This document shows positions 1-11,659 of a stretch of DNA of 64,000 bases, one piece after another. The position numbers were made by a program, and so were the translations under genes. This DNA comes from the human T2T-CHM13v2.0 reference genome, Homo sapiens. The DNA lies in NCBI RefSeq assembly GCF_009914755.1, contig NC_060927.1. One strand, 5' to 3'. Position 1 is the first letter of the stretch; every line of letters begins with the position of its first letter. The notes under the pieces were generated by a model. That model saw only the letters and a program-made list of their open reading frames with translations. It did not search any database and had not been told where the DNA came from.

Positions 1-1662
1 AAGCAACTATGGTAAAATTATAAATGCCTACTCTAATGAGTAGCCTAATTCATAGTGAGAAACAGGAAAACAGTTTCCCTTTGCAATCAAGATTCCCAAT
101 ACGAGTACATTTATTATAAAACACTACACACATAAATATTAAATGAAAAAATGGCTGCAAATAGACTTAGATTGGCTACAAGTCCCGTTCTTAAATCATC
201 TTTTCACGGATTCTACAACAGTTTTATCTGTCTAAGGAAATAGCTTCCATTGTCAATAAATATGAACAGCAAACAATTATTATGATATGATTATATTATT
301 TCATCTTAAAGCTATCATTTGAGGTCCTCCAGTTCCTTTTGTAAGGAGTATAACATTAATTCACTCACAATACCTATGTATTTCTCACATCTACAGATAG
401 TAGGTACTCAAAAAATATCTGTTGTTGATGGCGACAGTAACTCATATGATAGACGGAATATTTTCTGTTCACAATCAATAGCTAATTTAATAATGTTTTC
501 CCTTGTCAATAATTCCTCTTGTTTTCTTATAGCAAGGAGAAAAAACAATTGATTGGTTTATTATTTTTGATATATGTTGAAGATTTTTAAATGATTTCCA
601 TTTAAACCTAATTTTACAATTTACTACCTCTTACACCGTTTAGTCAGTAAAAATTATCTGGTAGCTGGTACGATGCCAAAGAATAATCTCATAATAATGA
701 ATGAAATAGAGTCTTAGACCAATTGACAGTAGCTTTATTTAAGTTTTCAATTGGAAACATTTAATTTAAACTATTCTTCTTCTTGATGGTGATTTCATAG
801 TAGATTTGCCAAGCAACCACTTCAATATGGTCTTTGAAACATATTTGATTTAGGAAACCATTGGGTTAAGAGAAATAAATGATTATAACATAATTAAATT
901 CTAGCTCAACAATGTTTATAAAACAAAAATTAATGGGCTGAATTTCTTGTTATTTTAGGTATTGTCATATGATATTACAAGATTCATAACCTAATTTTAT
1001 TAAGTGTAAAATATGTTTCACGATATTTTCATGATCTTTATTTCACAGTTATTGTTATTAAAGTCAACCTCACTGCATGGTCCTCCATAATGTCACAAAG
1101 CAGTTTCCAGCAGGGTTATTTTTAAACTTTTTAACATATACCAAAAAAAGTATTTTAATTAATCTAAAAGTAAGTGTTCTCATTTATAATTAGGCAAATC
1201 AATATAAAATGCATAATTAGATAAGATAACACTGATACTATGCATATACATTTCAAATAAAACCTATATAACATTTCAAGTATATCACTTCCAATTTCTG
1301 CATAAATTCACAAGATGTTCTTGATTAGCTCAATACCTTTTATGAATGTACCTACTATGATAGCAAAGAAAAACTGAACGGTAGGCAGTAATAATACTCA
1401 GTTTTTAAATCAGTCACACCAAGAAAACTGGTGCATTTATGAAGGATACTAGTACAAACTGAATAGACTACCCAAAGAATGTAAAGAAAGTAGTACTAAA
1501 TATGAATTTGTTCTGCATTTTACTTATATTTGTGCATTATCTTTCACAATATCAACAAACAGGCCACAAGGGTCTACTGCAGCTTACTGTTATTTTTATT
1601 CTTCAGGCTCCAGTGATACTTTTGTGCTCTCAAGGAAAGACAAGAAAATCTTTACAACATAC

Positions 1663-1797
1663 CTGATCATTTATCTGGCATGCAACAAGGTTGTGCTGAT
1701 CATAACAGCCAGCGAATCTAATGTACTTGAGCCAGCTTCCAACATCTGGTTGACTGGCATCTATGCAGAACTTCACATTGTAAAATTCGTCTAAGAT
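1663..1797 (-). CDS. MECOM: MECOM internal exon encoding part of the PR/SET domain (coding in MDS1-EVI1; 5' leader in most EVI1 transcripts)
   Basis: 45 codons ILDEFYNVKFCIDASQPDVGSWLKYIRFAGCYDQHNLVACQINDQ, recognisable as PRDM3 PR-domain sequence. On the minus strand the acceptor is TTCTCATCTTCTTCCCTCCAG|ATC (AG 1799-1798) and the donor is GATCAG|GTATGT (GT 1662-1661). 135 nt, phase 0/0. Confidence 0.96.
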
Positions 1798-2961
1798 CTG
1801 GAGGGAAGAAGATGAGAACAATCAATTGCCATATTGGCCCACTCATTAAAATAATCAGTTGTTTGAAAATATTTCATTGAAATGTATATTCCTTCTTTGG
1901 ATCCTTAAAAAAAGTCAGATCACAAGCACATTAATAGAGGGGAAATGAGAAGTTACCTTGAAAATGACAACATACTGCTTTTTTAAAAAGGAATAAAGCA
2001 CTTGCAATTTGTTACAAAAACTGATTAATTGGTTTCAAAAATGCTTATTTTCATATGCATAAATTAGTGCTAATTTTATCCAATGTGATTTTTGCAAAAA
2101 ATAATATTGAACAGCGTATATTAACATAATATTTCTAAACATTACAGTCAATATTTCATATTCGTATAGTCTCATGTAAGCATATATTTTCACATTTTTG
2201 CACTTTAATTTAAAAACTTCCATCTAAATTTTTTTTTCATGGTTAGCATCTCATTACCATGAAACAATTAAATCACACTCTTAATTGAAGGAGATAATAA
2301 GATTTGTCTTATAGGTGCTTCCAAACAAACTAAAGAAAAACAAATTAAAATAATGAATTCGGAAACACTCATGCAAAGTATGGCAAACTCAGGTTTTAGT
2401 TAACACATGTCAACGCATGTTTCAATATTTTGTCTAGTAAGCAAAATAAAGCTGGCTCCTTGTGAACAAATAAAAAATATATTAAAATACTGTAATGAAC
2501 TGCCATCATTAGGTATACTTGTATCTTGTTATTTTTCATGAAATTTTACATTTGGCCCATCTAAATGTTAATCATTAGTTAGGACACACTAAACAAAAAT
2601 TGAAGAGGGAAACTTCCATTTTTAAGATCATGTGTACTTAAACCAAGCTATTCTGATTCACTAACAGCAATAATGTCTTAAACATCAATATTAAAAGCTG
2701 TAGAGTTGTTGACCTGATGGTGAATAACTACAAAGGATGGTAATGTTATGTCAATCAGTTAATACAAACGAGGAAGTTTCCTATCAAAGACTAAGCAATA
2801 TACCTAGAACAAAAATTATTGAATTAAATAACTCCTACAGATCTCTGCTGTATGCATAACCACATAAAAGTTAAAATTAAACTCTTGAGTACTGAGACCA
2901 AAAGCAATTTTGCATAGAATTCAGGCAATCACCCAATTGCAGATTCAAGTCATTAACTCAC

Positions 2962-3106
2962 CATATACTTCAAGAAAAACCCAGTGCTCCAAGGGCTTTA
3001 GTCAAGAAGCCCTATGAATAAGCCTTTGGCCATGAGGAAATTGAAGGGCAATAAGTCGTCCCAAAATTTAAAAAAGAAAAATCGAACATAAGATAGGGAT
3101 ATTATT

Positions 3107-3150
<44 letters not shown>

Positions 3151-3476
3151 AGAAATCAAACTCTTCTTTTTCAAGGATGCCTCTTCACACTAACAACGAC
3201 AGAAGTGTACACTTAAACATCCTTTCTATTAAGAGGACAAATTCTAAAAATTTGTTATCAATAAAATTACAAACTTTAAGATGTTTCTTCAACTCTCAGT
3301 GCTGAGTAACTCAAATGGCAACTTGAGATTTCCCCCCATCCCAGATGTTGAGAAGGTACATAAATAATAGCAATGCACATTTTTAAATAGTAAAAAGTTG
3401 GAGTTTGTTGCTGGGTTTTGTTGGTTTGTTCAGTCTGTTTGGTTTCTGGTTGATCTTTTGTTGTTTGTTTCCTTGA
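2962..3476 (-). other. MECOM: Alternative EVI1 5' exon ending in ATG (would give an isoform starting MILDEFYNVKF...)
   Basis: Consensus donor TATATG|GTGAGT (GT 2961-2960). A long polypyrimidine acceptor (T/C)~40-GCCAG|TCAAGG lies at 3478-3477. The upstream boundary is inferred; the exon could also start from its own TSS. Confidence 0.65.
3109..3147. repeat. (CA)n microsatellite
   Basis: Perfect AC run, ~19 units. Confidence 0.95.
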
Positions 3477-4182
3477 CTGGCAAAAAAAAGAAAAAAAAGA
3501 AAAAAAGAAAAAGAAAAGGCAGTTCTCCTGACACACCAAAGAAATATTTAATAAAGGACATAGAATAAAGCCAGTGAAATGCAATACTAATTCCATTTCA
3601 TATTTGCAGAGAGACGTGGAAAACTTGTTAATTTCAAAGTCAAGAAGCATCCATCCCCTTAGCTTTCAAGCATACCCTTTCACAGGGGCAGGGAGTTAAG
3701 TATTACATACACTGCACATAAAAATTGTAGGTGTAATTTTATTCCGTGTTAACATTATTAGCATTGCCACTGTCAACAGCAAAATTAATTTTTAAAAAGG
3801 TTCATTTCCAAAGAATGTCTTTTTACTAATCTGTTATACGATTATTCAAAGATTTCACCATCATATTAACATTCTTCCTCTCAATATTCTTGCCCCAAGA
3901 CAAAAGCTTAGCTTTCTCCAGAAACGTTTGCCCCCTGGGTGAATTATTCACTTTTGATTTGCTAGCAGAACTGCATTTGTCTCCCAAATGTCTTAATCGT
4001 GTCGGAAATCTCGAATAAAATAAAGTAACGACACATCTTCAGTCATTTCATATAACACACTCCTGTGTTTTTAAAAGCTGTCAACCTCCAAAGATAGCTT
4101 AAAAAAAAACCGTTTAGGTAGACTTTAGAGAAAGGCCCTTTCAAAAAACCAACAGCAAAAGGAAAAAAAAAAAAATCCCCAC

Positions 4183-4270
4183 AATCTAGCCAAAGGGTCC
4201 GAATGTGACTTTCTCGCGAAGCAGCACACGATGTTGGACAGCAAAGCTGTTACTTGGCAAGGTGGAACTC
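4183..4270 (-). other. MECOM: Alternative non-coding EVI1 first exon (proximal)
   Basis: Weak donor GCTAGATT|GTGGGG (GT 4182-4181) at the edge of the CpG island. The sequence resembles EVI1 mRNA 5' ends as I recall them. The TSS is approximate. Confidence 0.55.
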
Positions 4271-4452
4271 GGCCGAGAGCGGCTCCAAAGTCGCGTGGCC
4301 AGTGCCAGGAATTCAGATTTTGGCAACCGCACCTTGTGCGTCCCCGAAACCGACGGACAGAGACACACGGAGGGAGGGGAAGGAGGAGAAGAGCGCAAGG
4401 AAAAGAGGCCGACAAGCCGGCAGAGAAACCCACCGAAGGCCGGACGACCCAC

Positions 4453-4580
4453 CCCGGAGACGTGTCCAGACCGCACCGTTTCGCAGGAGGAACAAGGAAA
4501 TCGCCCGGCTTAGCAACGTAGATAAGCAGCAGGGCTCCGCGAGACTGCGGGCGAGGAGGAAAGAAGGCTGGGGGCGGGGG
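4453..4580 (-). other. MECOM: Alternative EVI1 first exon (middle)
   Basis: Donor TCTCCGGG|GTGGGT (GT 4452-4451) within the CpG island, with a GC box GGGGCGGGG at ~4570-4580. The TSS is approximate. Confidence 0.55.
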
Positions 4581-4679
4581 GCGCCCGTAGAAACGGTGCC
4601 CCGGCAGGAAACTGTCCGAAGTGACAAACTTTCACATCGCCCAGACTTTTTTTCCTTTTAAAGTGAGGAGTTCTCTTAC

Positions 4680-5700
4680 CTTTAGATTTCTATGGCCTCA
4701 ACTCAGCAATAATAGGCATTCACAGAAGAATCAAAATAAACAAAATAAAATAATCAGCAGCCCCCAACGCTCCTGCACGAAAATCCTTTCAAACGATCCC
4801 GAGCAACATTTAGAGATGTTTAAAAATAATAATAATAATTTTTTAAAAGCCTCGCGTCTCGATTTCCAAATGGGTCTCTGACAACTTTGTCCGTCTCTAG
4901 GATCTGCTCTCCAGGACCACGCGTTTCGGATTTATTGTCCGCCAACAGTGTATTTTTAATACAAGAAATGAAGTCTTCTTTCGTCTGGGTGACCCGGGTT
5001 TGGTGTGTTTTGGCTTTTTCCCCCTTCCTAAATGAGCTCGGAGCTATTCCTTCTGGTTCACATCACCTCCCTCTTTTCTCACTTTCTCTTGCTCTTATCA
5101 GCCCGATGTGTAATGAAAGTTATCTGAAACCCACTAAAACTTCTACTTCTCCTTCCCAGTTCCAATGGGGGAAAACAAGCAGGAGGAGGAGAGTTTGAAA
5201 AGGTGGGGGGCCTGGGGAGGCGAGGGGAGCTCTATCCCCCTTTCAGATCCTCCGCAGCGCCTTCGCGGGTCCTGGACCCTCACGGGATCGTCCCCTTTCG
5301 CAACTCCAAGCTCAGCCGCCGGGTTTCTATTTCATGAACTGTCTCTTTAAAGAGGATCTGCTCGGCCATCCAGAAAGAACCCGGGGCGAGGGAGAAAGGG
5401 AGCTATCTCCCGCCGCCCAGAGTGATCTGATCGGAAGCCAGACGGGCTCCTCTTTTAAATTTTTAAAGTGACAGCAGCCTCCTCTGGCGGGAGAGGTCAC
5501 AAAAAGGTCGCCAAGACCCAAGTCCTATAGGGACAGACTGATTATGGATGCACCATCCCCCTTAAACATGTAGATTTCTCCGGGTAAACAACCAATGGGG
5601 AGATCTCGCCAGGCAGGATTTCTTTCCCCAGGGAAATAGCCTCCGTTTCGATGTCTTGAAAGCACAAGTGTGGTGTGTGTGTGTGTGTGTGCGCGCGAGT
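4680..5700 (-). other. MECOM: Alternative non-coding EVI1 first exon (distal, exon-1a-like)
   Basis: Strong donor AATCTAAAG|GTAAGA (GT 4679-4678). An in-frame TGA at 4700-4698 closes the PR frame. The 5' limit is uncertain and multiple TSSs are likely. Confidence 0.65.
5494..5510 (+). promoter_or_regulatory. DR5 retinoic acid response element
   Basis: AGGTCA-caaaa-AGGTCG, a direct repeat of RAR/RXR half-sites with a 5-nt spacer. EVI1 is known to be ATRA-inducible. Confidence 0.75.
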
Positions 5701-5736
5701 GTGTGTGTGCATGTGTGTGTGTGAGAGAGAGAGAGA
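5668..5736. repeat. Compound (GT)n(GC)n(GT)n(GA)n microsatellite
   Basis: Directly visible. Confidence 0.9.
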
Positions 5737-6919
5737 TGGGGGATGGGAGGGATGGGGAAGGGTAGAGAAGTGCTTTCAGGGGTGTGAGGGTGTGTGCACC
5801 GAGGCAGGAGGGGGCGGGGGTAGGGGGGAGAGGTAGTGCTGGAGTGGGGAGGATAAAGCTTAGGGTATAGGGACGCTAGTTCAGACTAAATATAAATAGT
5901 TTAGAAATTCTCAGAAAACAGCAACCTCAAGAGTGAAAAGTTGACATGTACATTTCCAGTTTTCTGCTAAGCATTAAAAAAAATTTTTTTAATTGAAACT
6001 CATACTCTAATTTATTCCCTTCATTCTTGTAGCTAGGTCAGAGGAAGGGCGTGCAAAATTTTCAAACCATATTTTTCTTTAAAGATATTTTAAAATCTGA
6101 AAAATTATTGGCATATAACCCGCCCAAACAGCATATTATGGGTTTAGAGAGATTGATGACTGTCTGGTGAGTCTTTGCCATTTTCTTTGATACATTAATT
6201 AAAACACCTTGAACGCCAAAACGTGCAATAAGCAATTTGACGACTCAGATTATTTTTGAACGTTTAACATCATAAATGCTGCTTTTAGTAATCGGTACTA
6301 TCCTATGTTTAATAACTTTCTAATATACCTTGGGTACATTTAAACCAATACATTGTAGAAAAGACATTGGAAGAAAGAATACAGGGGATACATAGCAAAA
6401 CAAAAGGGTCTACAGATTTATTCATGGCCAACTTTGTAAGATTTAGTAAATCCCACTGGCTAAATGGAAGTAAACGCGTTTTTATCACAAAACTCCATTC
6501 ATAAAAACAAATGGACAAAATCCAACTCCCCAGCTCAACAATGGAAAGTTAAGCAAAGTAAGCGAGTCTAGGGACACTTGCGGGGGAGAGGTGGGGCAAG
6601 AGGGGCTGGAAAGTGTGCTGACGGTTAAACTTTAGCTGCAAACGGGATAACACAAGTGCCACCCACTTTTTGTTTTCTCCAAGTGCAAATAAACGTGTAA
6701 ATCCAGTAGAACTATATTTTCCCAAAATATTGATTTAAAAACAAAAATAGTAGCAAAAGGGAGGGATTGGGGGAGAGAAAATGACAAGAGGTGGTGACTA
6801 ATTTGTTTCGGTGGCCTGTTATCTGTGACATTGAACTGTTATTTCAGATAATGGCCATTGTTTGAGAGAAAATCGCACAGCAGTGGTAGGTAGGACAGGA
6901 AAAATCCTTTGTAAATAAC

Positions 6920-7620
6920 CTAAAACCCGGTCAGATATTCCCGTAGAGTTGGGCGCTTGAGAACCTTTAAGAGCTCCTGGTTCGTGGCCATTGATTTCCT
7001 GCCCTCCCTCAACTTGCCCATTGTCGGAGCTTTCTTTTTTTTTTTTTTTTTTTTAATTTAGCCATAAATTGGACCGGCTCGAGCTATGAGCTGTTCTATT
7101 TTCTTCCTGTCAGGATGAGGGATTTGTTTTATGATGCATTGTGTATTAAATACAAGTAATCTGGGGAACCGATTGCTTCAGACAGTGCGGCCTGATCAGG
7201 GGGTCTGGGAGCTCAGCGCCCCAACCCTGCGGCCCCCACCTCCTTGCCCTTTACAAAACTGCTTTCAAAACGAGGAAACGTCGGTAGGAAAACAAAAGGT
7301 CGTCTGGAATCATTGGCAGGTCCTGGCTAAATTAGGATTTCGTGGAAAGGGCCTCCGAGTTTTTTCCCCTATATTGGCTTCGGGTGGGGGGAGGCGGAGC
7401 GACTTTCAAGGTCTGGATACTTGCAGGTACGGCAGGACGCCGGTAGATGGCATTGCGCTCCGAAATAAAGCGCAGCGCCGGCGGCTCCAGCCACCCAGGT
7501 GAACCCGCCTCTGCCCGCCAGGCGCCGGCAACACAGCTCTGCCTTCCGCCTCGCCCGCCGTTCCGCGTCCTTCCGAGCTACGAGAGGAAGGCACACTGCA
7601 GTCCAGGCATGTAGACATCA
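6920..7620. promoter_or_regulatory. Second CpG-rich element upstream of the EVI1 promoter
   Basis: Dense CpGs, especially at 7380-7585. Confidence 0.7.
7437..7455 (+). promoter_or_regulatory. CTCF motif
   Basis: acgCCGGTAGATGGCAttg fits the CTCF core CCrsYAGrkGGCr and sits in a CpG-rich patch ~2-3 kb upstream of the EVI1 first exons. Confidence 0.7.
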
Positions 7621-7874
7621 GCCTGAGAGAAGGCTATTCCTACGTCTGAGCTTCTCTTCCCCAAATACAACCAAGAGTGAACGCTTACCCTCCGAGACCT
7701 TGGAAGATGTACCTAGAAGAATGGAGAATTCATTGCATCATCATTATTATTATATTAATATCATCATTATCGTCATCATCAGTCTTGTTCTCCACTGAAT
7801 AAATTGTGAAAAAGACTAAAGGAAATCATCAGAAGGACCTGGGCAAAGGAAGCTAACAAAACACTAAATCTTAA

Positions 7875-7889
7875 TCTCTCTTTCTCTCT

Positions 7890-7964
<75 letters not shown>

Positions 7965-7970
7965 CCTCCC
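7875..7970. repeat. Compound (TC)n(TG)n(TCTG)n microsatellite
   Basis: Directly visible. Confidence 0.95.
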
Positions 7971-10900
7971 CTCTCCCCCACCCCATCCCACTCCCTTTCT
8001 CCTTTAGGTATATAACAATAACTTCATGTAAAGGCAGAGTCATCTCACTTTTTCTTCACACAACTTAAAGTTTAAAGATAGGGTTCTGAAATCCCACAGT
8101 AGTTAGACTGGCCTTGTTTCTCATGAAAGGGTCTTCTTGCTATTTAAATAAGAATTATTTAGAAGACCTGATCCATCTTCCCCAATAAGTGAATGAAACA
8201 GGAAAGAAGGTTAGAGGAAAAGGATTTTGCAAGGGGCTTGCTTCTTCCCCTGTTAGCTTGCTTTCCATCAGAAGGTTTCTAAAACAATAAATAAATACAA
8301 GGAGCCAAATACCATCACCAATTCCCTTTATTCCTTGGGATTTCTGGTGAAATCTGTTTACAGTAGTTCCCAGTTACAAATTAATCTGCAAAAGCCGCTG
8401 TCTGCTCAGCAGTAATCAGTAACATGCGTGTTCTGCAGTGTTTAGCACTGCCCTTGAAATGGGCTATTAAAAATAATGGTTTTACTGTAATCTCAAACCA
8501 GCTTTAATTTGCAAACATGTATCAGGACAGATGATCTAAATATTAAGGGGATGGAGTAGGAGAACAAACTAAAACAAATGTATAGCTTCGGGGAAAGAAA
8601 AAAATGGAATGATTCATCAGTGATGTTTAAAAAGAGAACCAGATTTTAAAAACATTTTTCCAGAAGGAATGATTATTTTTTCTTTCTTGATCTGTTAATT
8701 GTTGTTTACCAGGAAAAGGGCATTGGAAAAATATGAGGGTTGAGTGTGGGCTGATAGATTTTCTAGGAGTTGTAAAGATCCCCCTTTGGCTGATGGCAGG
8801 GCTGGGGTGGGAGAGGTTAATGTGTTTTCTTCCTGGTTTGAAAAGGGCATAAACCCTCCTCAGGCCCCTTCCTTCCTTCCCCAGCTGTGTGGATTGCAGA
8901 ATCTTTAAAAAGCCCAAAGATTTCCAATAAGGCCACTGGCTCTGCCTTCATTGTGTAACTGTTTATTTAAAATAAGTCAATATATTAGTTAAAGCAGTAA
9001 GAAGTTAGTGCTCCAGTATTCAAGTGATTCCCACAAGACTGTAAACTGATGCCTCTTTTAAGCCTTAAACTTCATGGTCGTCCCAGAAGTAAAAGTTCTG
9101 CTAATGGAGACCCTATGGGCATGGTACATTCCAGCACATCATTAAAGGAAAGAAAAGCAGTCCAGCCAAAGCCAGATGAAATGACTGCACTGTCCACTTT
9201 TAATAGGCTTCCTGTGGACAAACAGCACTGTAACACTCTGCAGAGGACAATATTTAAAAACAAGACAACTTGCTGGCAGTTTTCAATACCGTAAAGTTAA
9301 TAAAGTATGTTCCCATTCACCCTGACATTATGTTTTTAGTTTATAGAGGAAGGCACTTTATAACCTCAGTCTAAATTCCCTTAATTCTGCAGCTTTGGGT
9401 TTCTTGAGGTGGCTAAATATACACTAAACTCCAAGCCTAACATCTTTGTTTTAACTCTATTTTTTTGTAGCTTTTCAAGAACGTACATGTGCATTTTTAC
9501 ATTTCTCAAGTGGAGTTTTATTCATGGAGATTCTGTTAAATCCTGTTTCATACAGTTCATGTCAAGAAGCATGAAATAATCTGAGAAATTGACATTTGGC
9601 TGAACAATAAGTGCCTGCTAATTAAATTAGCTTCGTGTATAGATATTGATGTGTGTTTAAAAAGAAAATCAATGCTTCCTTTTCCATGTCAGAATAGGAT
9701 TTTGTAAAATCTTACCTAACCTAACTGACACAAAGATAAGAAATAATGTAAGTATGTCTTTTAGGACTCAAGAGACTTCCCACTGATTCATATATAAATA
9801 TTTCTCCCAATTTGTCTTTCTCCTACTCCTCTAAATTCTCTACCACCCACAATTTCTTTTCCCAAATCTTTTTATTTAATAGAGTAAACTTTGTAATGAA
9901 GCATGACCTTTAGGCAAGATAAACTAGATCAGAAAGCCATGAAATCTAAGGTGATATTCTGTTTAATTTTAATAATTTCTGTTTTTTAATTTAATAAGTA
10001 TTTTGCAAGCTTTGTTCTCTAAGCATGAATGTGAATTCTGTGATGCTTTGATCAGACAGATCCAGTGAAACAGTCCAGCACAATACAAATTTACCAACAA
10101 AAATGCTGTGACTGTCCGTAGCCCCACACACATATCACAACTGCACTGAAGAGAGATTACTGGTGACTCTTGGTGGACTCTGCCTTTTTTTATTTTTTTT
10201 AAATTATTATTTTTTTTATCTATTGGGGTGTGCTGTTAGAAAAGAGGAAATTAAAGATAAAACAAATTTAAATAAAAAATTTCCCTTGGTCTGGAAATGG
10301 GCCCGACTGAAAGCATGTTAATCTCCACCTCAGTAATTTGGTTCTCCAGGAGAAGACAGAAGCCCTGCTGCTGTGCCCTGCACTTCATAAATCACATCTT
10401 TATGTGGACAAGGTCAGGGCACCTAACAGCTCAGACATGGGCCTTTGCAGTGGCTCGAGGATTCAGGCATGTTTACTCTCCTATTCGGCTCTCCGAGGAG
10501 TAGTCCAGCACGCTTCTAATTACTTTTGATTATTTTCATTTGCTGGGGTCAGTCTGGCTTGCCAGGACTGCTGGAGGGTTGATTTCCTACAAATCTTGAT
10601 GTCTTTGTAGGACGGCACTGTGTGCGTTCAGAATTAGCACCCCGTTATTGTCCCTACAGCATGGGATCCTTCATAAATAGACATGGTGATAACAAAAGTT
10701 TCCCCAGTGAACCATTACCTACTTCCTTTCTTATTAATTAACTATACAAGCATAATCACCTAGCTGATCTTTCTCCAAAATGCCAAAGATTTTAACAGTT
10801 TAATATTTTATAGTATATTTGGCCAGAATGAGAGCAGATTTCTTTTTTGCTTCTATTTTAAAATATATTTAGTAACAACTAGCAGCTCTTTGGAAACTAA

Positions 10901-11659
10901 GATGAAGTACTTTGCTGAAACAACCGCTCTGGTGAATAAATTATTATACTCAAAGTTTTATTTTTTAAACTCCAGTTAAGGTTGCCATATTTAAAATATT
11001 TTTTGCTGGACTATTTTGATGTGTTTCAGTCCTAAGCTATGATGCTGAGTGGTTAATGCACAGCAACAAATTTATACCAAGTTTAAATGAAAATATTATG
11101 ATAAAATAAAAATGTTAATAAAATACTGTAAAACTTTGGTAGCAAAATAGAGACAATAGAGAAATATTTCCCAAAAGTAGGGATGTTTAACTCTTTGATG
11201 TGTATTTATTACAAGATATATTCAAGAAATAAATGATGAAAAAATAAATACAAAAACTGAGACAGTCACAAAAAATGCATAACATATCAATCTGGTTGTT
11301 CAGACAACTGGTTGTTTTATATCACTAGGAAAAATTTACTATTATCTTTTTATTTTATAAAAGATAACTTTGCTTACGATTATCATTAGTCTCAAAAGGT
11401 GAAATCCCTCATTCTTTTTAACTTCGGACTAAATTAGTGAGGTAGTAAGTGCTTTTGGAAAAAACCTCAACTCTATAAGGAATTCATTTTTCATTATTTT
11501 ATTAATTTTAATTAATTCAATCTTTCAATATAGTATTTAGCACATTATGCAATAACTCCAGGATCAGATTCTTCCCTCGAGCTTTAGATACACCATCTAA
11601 GAGTGCTTTTAGACTCATAATCTTGTGGGGAAAGTTTGTTGGAAGCTTGATTTTCCTCC

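Larger units (their letters stand above)
4195..5700. promoter_or_regulatory. EVI1 internal promoter / CpG island
   Basis: Abrupt GC and CpG enrichment (4200-4640, 5210-5520) against an AT-rich background, with GC boxes and clustered minus-strand donors. Confidence 0.85.

Noticed and set aside
1630-1821. 63-aa ORF as a standalone gene
   Set aside because: Only 1663-1797 is exonic; the flanks are the polypyrimidine tract and intron read-through.
4125-5521. Many overlapping 60-135 aa ORFs
   Set aside because: Expected from stop-poor GC-rich CpG-island DNA; no recognisable protein features.
7131-7991. Overlapping ORFs in the second CpG patch
   Set aside because: GC-rich or microsatellite artefacts with no homology evident.
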